DNA from: Pavona decussata
Taxonomy: Eukaryota
Assembly (NCBI GenBank): GCA_977016875.1
Contig: CDRNST010000124.1
Span: 558,001 to 622,000, forward strand
Reading direction: 5' to 3'
DNA: 64,000 nucleotides
In this document: positions 51,108 to 61,557 of the stretch, piece by piece
How the letters are laid out: every line of letters begins with the position of its first letter
Position numbering within the stretch: the first letter of the stretch is position 1
Program-made: the position numbers and the translations under genes
Notes under the pieces: model-generated
The model's database searches: none
Told to the model about the DNA's origin: nothing
Seen by the model: only the letters and a program-made list of their open reading frames with translations

Positions 51108-51695
51108 ATCAACTTATGGTATCGCACTGATTTTAATATTCCTCTTAGCCTACTTTATTACTAGAAAATAGAGAACGTCTGAGAAATCTAGGACCAGTTA
51201 TTTAAATGAAGATCATACGGGGTTTAACAAACCACGATATTAACACATTTCAATCTGGCCATCGCGTTCAGCTAAAGGTTTGTAAACAGCGTGAAGAACG
51301 GAAACGATCAACTTATGGTATCACAATATGAATATTCCTCTTAGCCTACTTTATTACAAGACAATAGAGAACGTCTGAGAAATTTAGGACCAGTTATTTA
51401 AATAAAGATCATACGGGGTTTAAAAAAACTACTGTCTTAACCCATTTCAATCTGGCCATCGCGTTCAGCTAAAGGTTTGTAAACAGCGTGAAGAACGGAA
51501 ACGATCAACTTATGGTATCACAATATGAATATTCCTCTTAGCCTTCTTTATTACTAGAAAATAGAGAATGTCTGAGAAATTTAGGACCAGTTATTTAAAT
51601 AAAGATCATACGGGGTTTAACAAACCACTGTCTTAACCCATTTCAATCTGGCCATCGCGTTCAGCTAAAGGTTTGTAAACATCGTGAAGAACGGA
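51108..51695. repeat. Three-copy tandem repeat, ~197-199-bp unit
   Basis: atcaacttatggtatc at 51108, 51307 and 51504; units are highly similar. Confidence 0.95.
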
Positions 51696-53364
51696 CACAG
51701 CCGGTGACTAGAGACGCATTTATCTACTTAATATAACCCACTTATAAAACAGATGCACAGTTCCGCATTGATTTTCTTAAAACTATGGCTTTCAAATTCA
51801 ACTTTTAGCTTTATTACTTCCGTCAGTTTTATAGCAATACAATTCATAATTTCTAAGCAAAGTTAGACTTCGTTGAAACAACTGACTCTCAAGGTTTTAT
51901 AACCGTTCGAATCAGTTCAACACTGAAACCACAATTGAAAACAAATTTCGTGAAAGAAGCATTACTGTTAATCTCCCGGTCTAGCCGAGATTGCATGTTA
52001 CCAGGTTTCGTAAACGCCTAGTAAGTATCCTAAAATGAGACCGGACGTAGCAAAAAAACAAACATTTCCTGACGTCTAAATCGCTCAGCTTAGTGTCTAA
52101 GTCAAATAGTCCAAACTCCGTAACACTCTAGGACACTAGTGATCAATAGCATACACTTCAATGGACATACTTCTGTGATATCAGCTCAAACGTCAAACAA
52201 TACTTACAGTAACCGCCATCACTGAAGTGTTCAATAATTTGGGTTTACAGTGCATGAATGATTGAAATAAACTTAAGGAGGGATAGCTTCAGAAAAACAC
52301 AAGGCCACAATGGTTTAGGAAAAAACAAAGCATTCTTTAATTTTGACATGTTTTGACGGTATTTCCTACCCAAGCATCACCAGAATTGAGAAGTTGAATT
52401 TAAAGTACCTGCCTGGGGCTGTTTGTGATAGAAGTTCATACTTTCGAAGGCGTGTCAAGAAAGCCATTAGTGCTTTGGTTGTTTACATCGATCCAATCTT
52501 AAATCATTCCCTGCTATCAAGGCATTCTGAAAACACGACGATTTTCAATTCATCCAGCTATTACTTCGTCTTGTGAGCACAACACTCAAGATTGGACTGA
52601 AGCAATTTCAAAATTGAGCTTGAAGAAACAGTGGAGTTTTAATTTTAACCAAGACAAGTGTGATAAAGTTCAATTTTTTCCTGAGACGTGACTAAATAAA
52701 TCTATTCCAAAGGATAAAGCTGTATTAATCTAATTAATAACAGTTTTGCTTCAGAAAAGTTTGCCGCCCGATAAGAAATGTCTAGAGCATTGATTAAATA
52801 TCTTTGAGGTAAATAGGGTTATAGCTGAAGAAGCATGAATTGAATTGTTTAATTGTAGCTCCTTCAGGCGTTTTTAAGTCACGGAAAAACATTCCGCTTC
52901 AGTGAATTGAATTTTGTAACTAGAAAACAAGTTAAGGTAAGACACCAAATTCGTTTCCATTTAGTTCTTTGCAGAAACAGGTTAATTATCTCCTTAAAGA
53001 CAGTGTGTTTTATGCGCAATTTTTGGCGGGAAACTATTTCGCGACTACGCATCGGACTAAATCCAGGTTAATTGCCCGGTTTGCCATGGAAGTAATTAAT
53101 GTTATTTTTCAATTTTTTAGGATTGTTAAATTAGTTCTTTCCTATAACAAGCCTTTTAATGCAGTGCAACGATTTAGCTACTCTGCAAAGTCGACGAGTG
53201 AAATCCTGAAGTTCAAGCATTAAAATGAAAGCAGTGCTTCCCTGAAGTAGAGTCGGTTTACCTGGAACTTCCAGGTGGAACGTAAAATTTTGTCGACCAT
53301 TCAACTGAACTAAAGCAGCGCTTTCGTGTATTGGTGTTAATTATACTAAAGAAGGTGCATGGCA

Positions 53365-53762
53365 CTATCACTGTTAATTTCGAACTCCTTAAAATCCTCT
53401 CCAATATTCAAACGAAAGCAGTACTTTCCTGTGATGATGTTACTGTGTTATGCAAGGTGCTACTAAAGTTACTATCAGTTGTAGGTCTGTGGATGAAATC
53501 CTTATGTGAAGCTAGCCTCAAATAAAGCCATTGAGAAGTGGAACGCGGTTGCTTTTGAGCGCTATCACTGTTAACTTCGAACTCCTTAAAATCCTCTCCA
53601 ATATTCAAACGAAAGCAGTACTTTCCTGTGATGATGTTACTGTGTTATGCAAGGTGCTACTTAAGTTACTATCAGTTGTAGGTCTGTGGATGAAATCCTT
53701 ATGGGAAGCTAGCCTCAAATAAAAGCCATTGACTGAGTAGTAGAACGCGGTTGGTTTTGAGC
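53365..53762. repeat. Two-copy tandem repeat, 197-bp unit
   Basis: ctatcactgttaa.ttcgaactccttaaaatcc at 53365 and 53562. Confidence 0.95.
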
Positions 53763-54410
53763 ATGTGGACGAAATTCTCAAGTGTGACCGTTCAAATGAT
53801 TATGAAAACTACTTAGCAATACTTTCCTGTGGTTCAGCTCTTTATACTGTACAAGGTAGTTCTAAAGTTTTTGTGGATGAAGTTCTGAAGTATAAACATT
53901 CAAATTAAAGCTACTGAGCAGTACTTTCCTGTGGTATAGTTCACTGTGCTGTACAAGGTGGTTCTCACATTTTAGTCTGTGGATGAGGTTCTAATTTGTT
54001 ACCATTCAAATCAGCTACTGAGCAGAAATTTTGCTTTAGCCCTGTGTGTTATCCTGTACAAGGTGGTTTTAACGTTTTAGTCTGTGGACGAATTTCTGCA
54101 AGTGTGACCATTCGGATGAAAGCTATTGGGCAGTACTTTCCTGTGGTGCTGTTTATTATGCTGTACAAGCGGGTACTAACTTTTGACTCAGTGGATGAAA
54201 TTCTGAAGTGTGACCATTCAAATGAAAGCTTCTGAGCAGTACTTTGCTGTGGTGCTGTTTATTATGCTGTACAAGGTGGTTCTAACTTTCGAGTCTCTCG
54301 ATGAAATCCTAAACTTTGACCATTCAAATGTAAGTTACTGAGCAACACTTTGCTGTGGTTTAATCTACTGTATCTGTGAATGAAACCTCGTCGTTTTGTC
54401 CATTCAAATG
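53763..54410. repeat. Tandem array of a 106-bp interspersed/satellite repeat
   Basis: gtacttt.ctgtgg at 53921, 54133 and 54239 (106-bp period). Related copies lie at about 790-990, 5630-5690, 21570-21680, 22240-22730 and 58790-59080. Confidence 0.88.
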
Positions 54411-57400
54411 AAATATTTAGTTCTTTACCCAGAAGTGTTATTGGCTGTTCAAGATTTTGCAGAATGGATTCTGGGAATTTTACTCAGTTTCAAATTGGGC
54501 GCCGTTGACACAGAAAGACTGAAGGAAACACTAACCCACAGAGAATACAGTTCCAGTTGTCTTGCTGAGTCTATAATTACCAGGACAGATGACCTTTTTT
54601 TTTATTTTTAAAAACTCCCAGTCGAGCAAGAGTTGCTCAAAATCCCAGTGCATGTGAGCATTCAAATGGAAGCAGTTAAGTATTCTCTGCGATGCCCTGC
54701 TTTTGTTTCTCTGCTTAGATATTGTGTAAAATGAATGATACTTTTAAGATTTTGCCTTTGTGACTTAATTAAGAAACGGCATTGAACTTTGCCTAAGAAA
54801 TCTTGCGAAATCTTGCTAGAAGTTGTGGTCTTTAGGTTATCGCATAAATTTTTAAACACTCCAAGGAGACAGTTCTTCGCTTCCATTGAAGGCAATTTGA
54901 ACACAAACTCAAGCCGAGCAATGACGCACTAACAGCAGCTGACGTTTACGCTCTAAACGAGAAGACAAAGCAGATTGGGCGTAAAAGTTAAATTTAGATT
55001 GTTAACGCTGTGCTGCAGAACTAAATAAAGGGTATAGAATCTAAGATTAACTTGGATTGTTAGCAACTGTACACGACAAATGACCACCCGTTGGAAGTTT
55101 GCGTCACTGTAAAAACCTCAACATAGTTGGATCAATGGGAGGGACGCCTCGGTGTTGAGTAACTTTTACACACAAAGAAACCTCGTCCGACTTGCTATAG
55201 CTAATAATAGCTGCGAGGGATCCCACTCAAGTTAATCAGTTCAACGTTTAATTCACGCTGAGTTTACAATTAGTTATATTATGTCTCCTTTCTTCAAGTT
55301 GACGCACAAACTACAAACTTGAACAAATACGGTCAAGCCAATTCATGGTCACTGCGATTTCGCAATGCTAGTGATCGCGGGAAAATGGCTGACCAACCAA
55401 ACCACAGTCTTGACTAGGTGATTTGAGCTTTGTGTTCTTAGAAATAGTTATGACAGATTTGTTATGGTTTTGGCAGTTTTTATAGGGTAGATAAAGGATT
55501 GTTTTATGGACCATGGGGCTTCTGAAGGGCACACTGAATGCATAGACAAATCGTGTTAGTTACGTTTTGACAGCTTTCTTTTTGTTTTTCGTTTTTTTAC
55601 AATCGTTTTGTCATATTTACTAAATTCTATTAGATGGAAGAGTATCTCTCGTCAGGAAAATGAAAATACAACAAGATGAATCATCGACAACTTCTTAAAT
55701 ACCATTGGCAAGGTTAATTTAAGTTTTCCGTCATAAAATAACAAACTGTTCTTTGTTGTTTGCAACTCCTCGGGGGGGCCACGTGCAAATGTTTCAAACT
55801 TTATTAAAGGGAGTCCAGTCATCAATACCGTTTCCATACCCCGCGGGGCAACAATAGCTTTATATAAGATATTCATTTATAACGTTCCATTGTGATTTCT
55901 CAGTTGACCTTTGTTGAACTTTTATTTACACTTCTTGGACCTATAAATGTTGCATTATTTTACTGTGGTAAGAAAATTGTTTCCAATAACTTTTCCAAGG
56001 ACGAGTAACACACACTTGGTGTGAAAAGAAATTCAGTTTCTTACTTTACCCAGTTTGCTGTCTTCTTCTCCGCCCTAGATTTTAAAACTAATGGTCAACT
56101 AAACCTCTTCTCTTCGCTTCGTAATTAAGTTTTTTTTCTGGCCACCCTTTACCGGCTTCGTCGAAGCGTTAAACTTTTAAAACGCCACTATTGTAGTGTT
56201 TTTCTTTCGAAAAACGCGCGTTCTATATTTGTTTGACATGTCTCTAGCCTTTAGATCACAACATCTTTGTTCTAAACAGGAAGAAAAACATTTTGAGACC
56301 TTGCTTAAACAAAACCGGGACTTGCTATCCACGAATTGTGTCACTTGTTCAACGACAGGTTTTTCACGCTGTCATAGCAACAGCGTGTAGTAGACCTGTT
56401 TGTTTTGGCTAAGGAATTTGCGAGAAATATTCATTACCAACCTTGACCTCAGTGGGCTTAGATTTCTTACGTAGTAGTGTAGTTATTAGTAACAATAGAT
56501 TAGTAGTTTTTGGTTAAACAGTAGCACCGGAATATCGCCCAGCCAAGCAAAGTGGAGTTTTACACGGTAAAATTATTCCATTCTCTTTCGTTTCTTTAAA
56601 TTTCACTTCTTGTCTAAATTAATGTTATTTTGCTGTTATGCTCGGCTGGTCTACTGTGTTCATCCCAGCGATGTTGTTCTTTAACAGACAAAGCCGGTCA
56701 GTTTCAAACGTTTCGCTTTTCTCAACACGCAAAGTACAACATGGACTAAAAAATGAAAAGGGTAAACAGGAAGATATCAGCTTTTTACATTTTATGCGTT
56801 AACTTTGTACATTATAGTTTCCTTTCTAACAAAGTAATTGAAATCTGTCATTTCCTTTATTAATAAGTAATTGTAAATCACTAAAATTTGCAACATTGAC
56901 TGACAAGGGAGTCTTTTCTCAGGATTCGAAGAAATCAGTGCCTTTGACGAGAAGAAAAAAAAAATGTCAAAGTTAGTCTCAACCTTTACTTTACACCGGT
57001 GCGAAGTGATTTTTGTTTGGACGTTAAAAACTTTTATTCGGCGAAATAATCGGTTGACTTTGTATTTAAATGGAAGTTTTAAATCGTCACGTTTTTCATA
57101 CCATAAATATCCCTCGACCATCGATCAAATTACGTTTTCACGTTCAATTGTCGTGACATCGCCCGAGCTACGAGTTATTCGAGACATTCAAGAAATTTCT
57201 ATTTTTAAGTCACACCCTTGCAAATTAATAGACATTTTTGTGGTTGCAGGACAGTGACCGTGAACAATAAAGTTGCAATTTTCTTACCAATTCAACTTAA
57301 AAATAAATTCAATAGGGGTTGCTAAATTTAGCCAGCTTTCAAGACCAAAATAGCACTCTCAAGACTTTGAACCGAATCGGCCAAAGCAGGATTTGCCTCA

Positions 57401-57973
57401 AACTAGCTGTTCTGAGCGTGCAAAGTGATTTTCAAAGAGAAAACTTGGTTACCCAAACTGTTTTAACAGAATACAAGGTATAGACGGCCACTTTTTTTCT
57501 GTCTTTCAGGCTCGTGCGCCCAAAACTCAATGAACTGTACTTGTTACAAGTTGTTGCGTTCAGTTGAATCAAATTAACTGATTTTATCTGTCGCGTTTTG
57601 TTTGGTACCTAACGGCAAAAAAAGTCTGAATGTAAACGTTTGCTGGTGACGAAATGTCTCAGTCTTTTTACGGCTAAATGGTCTGAGTTAAGTCATTCAA
57701 TGTGCTTCACAAGTTTGACTCTATCTGTAGAAAAATCTTATGAAAGTGCGATCATTCAAATCAGTGCCATTGTCCCGCTGTTCGACTTGGCGTTTTCTTT
57801 TCAAAATGGAAATTGTATAAGTTTGTCAACTTTGTACATTTACTATACCGGACGGAGGCATGTTTGCCTGTCCGCAGTGTGTTTTTAGGGTCTCAAGCAC
57901 ATCGATGCAACCATATCACTTTTAATTGACTTTATCGAATGCCAGTAACAAAATGCTGTTGGTTTTCTTGCAG

Positions 57974-58415
57974 CCTTCATCAACGGAGATCAAGCCCACT
58001 CCAATGCCACCAATGGGTTCAATAACACAGCGATCTCCTAAATGCGCCCGCTGTAGAAATCACGGCGTCATCTCGATCCTCAAAGGCCATAAACGGTTCT
58101 GCAAATGGAGGGACTGTGCATGCTCAGATTGCAACCTTATTGCCGAGAGACAGAGAGTCATGGCTGCCCAAGTTGCGTTGCGAAGACAGCAAGAAAGTGA
58201 AGAGGCCGGAGGCCATATTCCATACAACGCGGTTCAGTTGTGTCATTACAGTTCAAACATGCACAAACCATCGAGGATTATTCCTCCTTCTCCAACCTCT
58301 CCTAAAGAAGGGCAGCTAGCGAGAACGACGAGTATGTCCTCGCGATCAAGTTCACCTGGTAACGAAGAAATGGGAAACGGTCTTGAATCTCCAGCGAGTA
58401 GCGCAAACGAGAGCG
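57974..58415 (+). CDS. dmrt: DM-domain exon of a doublesex/mab-3-related transcription factor
   Basis: [54 protein letters not shown] (58031-58192) is a canonical intertwined CCHC/HCCC DM domain followed by a Pro/Ser-rich region. Acceptor ggttttcttgcag (phase 0); donor GCG/gtgagt at 58416 (phase 1). The paralog cannot be assigned by eye. Confidence 0.97.
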
Positions 58416-58789
58416 GTGAGTACCAATCATTGTTTCTTCCTTTTATCGCTTTGTTTTCCTTTGCCGGTTCAGACGGAAAAGAAAGTTGTTTTCGGTCGGT
58501 GGTTTCATTTGTCTCAACCGACTATGGTATTAGCTACTCGTGTTGCTTATATACGTATGGCATATCCTTAGACGGCCAGCTTTAGAAGCGTTCCTGAGGA
58601 CGGTTTTCTAAATTGTAATTTGTTGATGATTCGTCGACGACTGATAAATTGAAAAACGTGCGTTGGTAGTTGCAGAAGTGAAGATGCTCTTTGTAACTTG
58701 TTAACTCTTTCACCGCACTGGAGAGTCCTCCAAGGATTAGGTTTAAAAAGTTTTTCTTCTTCAGATTTTTAGTTCAGCGTAGAAATTGG

Positions 58790-59080
58790 AAATAAACAAA
58801 CAGCACTGTAGAAACGTTCTGCTCAATAGCTTTCATTTAAAATGATCACACAAAAGGATTTCATCCACAGACTCAGAAGATAAAGGTACATTGTACAGCA
58901 TAATTAGTAACACTCACACAGGAAAGTACTGCTCAGTAGCTTCTTTTAATGGTCACACTTTAGGATGTCATCCTCGACTCAAACGTTAAAGAAACTTTTT
59001 GTCACGTTAAGTAACAGGCTCCACCTGAAAACTTAGTCCTCAATAGCTTTCATTTAAATGGTTACGATTTAAGTTCCTTC
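58790..59080. repeat. 106-bp repeat family copies (opposite orientation to 53763-54410) in the Dmrt intron
   Basis: ggaaagtactgctcagtagc...aatggtcacactttaggat and ggatttcatccacagactca. Confidence 0.8.
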
Positions 59081-60323
59081 TGAAGACGCGAAGGTTATAG
59101 CCATTTGAATTAAAGAGAAAAAAACTACAATAAAAAGCACTACGGGAATGGCCTTAGTTTTTAACATTTCAGGACCGATTTAAGCCACTGACAAGGTCTC
59201 AAACCAAGCAAAGTTTCGTAGGCATACGGCGAGAATATCATGAAATTTAAATGAAAGTATTTGAAATGCAGTTTTTTGTTTTTCAAGATTATTTACAGAC
59301 TTTTAAAATATATGCTTGTGTACGTTAAGAGGTTGTCATCTGTTCGGATTCTTTGGCAGAATTTTTCAGTCACAGGAAATTTTAGAGAACACGTTATCCT
59401 CCGAATTTACTAGCTTCTGTTGCCTTTTCTAAAATCCTAGTTTTTCTTCTTTTTTGTCCAAAACAACAAGGCTTTTCTTCTTAATGCATTTCTGGGGTAT
59501 TTTAGACCTTTCAAAAAGTATTGACCGAAATGAATCTTCGAGCACTCCTTATACGTTTGATTTTAGCAGTATAGTATAACGACAAGCGGTAGAAAAAAGG
59601 ATACAATTCACGGCGAGACTACATGGGTCAGTTTTTAAAACACGGTTTAGACGGTGTTTAACAAAACCACGTTCTAAGCCATTTTCAATTTTGCCAACAG
59701 TCATATCTAAACATTGTCTGCTGTCGACGGTAACAAGAAAGCTTGCATCCCAGACTAGAAAACTATTTATCTTCTTAAAGTAAAGCACTTATAAACAGAT
59801 TTGGAGACCCACTGATTCTATTAAGCCGCGGCCTAAGTTAGACTGTTCAAATAACTGGCCCCATGTATCTGAGTGTTAAAAGGATTTCAGGTTTACTGGG
59901 AGCATACCGTTATCTTAGCCTCGTTAACCAGCTTGAGAAATCTCGATGAAAATTTACTTGTCTGTTCTGATCAAGTTAAACTTGTTTATGAATGGTAACC
60001 CCTCAATGGTTTATAGGCTTTACTATGGACTGTATATAAATGACTGTTCTTTAGAAATATACACTTGTTCCTTTGAACGCCATTGTTAGGACGACGTATG
60101 GACGGACCTGTCTGCTGGAAGAAAAATAACAGGACATTCTCTAGATTTCACCTTTTAGATAAATTCGAGAAAATTTATTTGCAGACTTTTTCTAGCAGGC
60201 GATTTCAAGAACCATTCTGTACTCTATTAAATCAAAACTCTCTAACAGGATTTTTTAAAATCCATTGTATGTAAGCCAATTGAACACGAACGTTTCCAAC
60301 GTTTTCCTGTCTTTTTAACGCCA

Positions 60324-61557
60324 TTAAGGGAATTGGTCATAACAAGTTTGTTCGGAGAGGACACACTTTGTCTGGGGTAGAGGGGTTATCGAAAATATTC
60401 GCCTATCTCATGAACATTAACAAGAAAAATTTTATTGGCTTTAAAATTTGAATTGACACAGTAATATTCAGCCAGCAAGAGTCAGCATTGCTAGATAAAC
60501 AAGAAAAGCGAGGTTTGAATCTCATCGTCATTTTCTACTGCTAGATGGAGGGGTGGCTATGTAATAAAGACACCATCTTTTCTGGTCGAGGAAGGGGGTG
60601 AAGGCAAATACCACCGTCTATTTTGTGGTTTGATTGGTCCTGGTCGAGTATAATAGTTTGGGCCACTTCCCTAATATTGTGGCGTCCTACCCATTTCAAT
60701 AAGGCAAACAACTTTCACACCCGATTTCGATTTGTTTTTGCAAGGTTTAATTTTGGTGAGCTTCATATTTGTGGTAACTCAGGAACGTTTATTTTGGAGC
60801 AAAGGAACCATTTAAATTCTCTACATAGCAAAGTCATTAGGGAAACAGTTAACCGATTTAAAAAATTGCAAGTCTTACCTCATTTCTCGTTACGAGTATT
60901 TCCTTATCTTCAAATAGAATGATATCTTCTTATTCATCGCAATTGTATGGGATTTTAATTGTATTGAAAGTAGCTAAAACATCTCTATAGATTTTTATGA
61001 AAGATTTCATCATGTTATTACATCTATGCAAAAAATTGAGGCGTCCATATTTCCTAAAATAACAGTCCGGAACAACACGACCGCCATGTTTGTTTTTCCA
61101 TTGGGGTGTAAACTGGTAGATACTCACAAAGCTATTATAATTAACACTTTGTAACTCTTTGAAAAAATGTCTCATCGATCATATGACATGACGTTTGAGA
61201 ATCACGCTGAGCAAGCCGTCACGGATTAAAAAAACGCATTGTCTCACAAACAAAGAGTACAAAGGCTATGTTTAGCTTCCCGCGTGGAGGAAGTTATTTG
61301 GCTTATTAGGGAGCAGTTCATAACAAGTTTGTTCAAAGATGAACCACCTGTGGGGTGGGGGTTATCGGAGACACCACCTATCTCATGAACATAACCGACA
61401 AAATTTTATTGGCTTGAAAATCTGAATTGACACAAAAATATTCAGCTAGCAATTAAGAGTCAGCATTGCTAGATAGACAAGAAAAGTGGGGTAAGTCTCG
61501 TTCTCATTGTTTACAGCTGGATAGAGGGGTGGCTATGCAATAAATACACCATCTTTT
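60324..61557. repeat. Diverged ~255-bp direct duplication (60324-60581 and 61305-61557)
   Basis: Shared blocks tcataacaagtttgttc, cctatctcatgaacat, aaaattttattggctt, gagtcagcattgctagata and gaggggtggctatg.aataaa.acaccatctttt. Confidence 0.9.

Noticed and set aside
51108-54410. Tandem arrays as CRISPR-like systems
   Set aside because: Whole units repeat without unique spacers, there are no cas genes and the context is eukaryotic.
58416-58585. C-terminal part of the 219-aa ORF ([13 protein letters not shown]...GQL)
   Set aside because: It begins at a consensus donor GCG/gtgagt and is T-rich like an intron, so it is treated as read-through. A retained-intron isoform cannot be excluded without reads.
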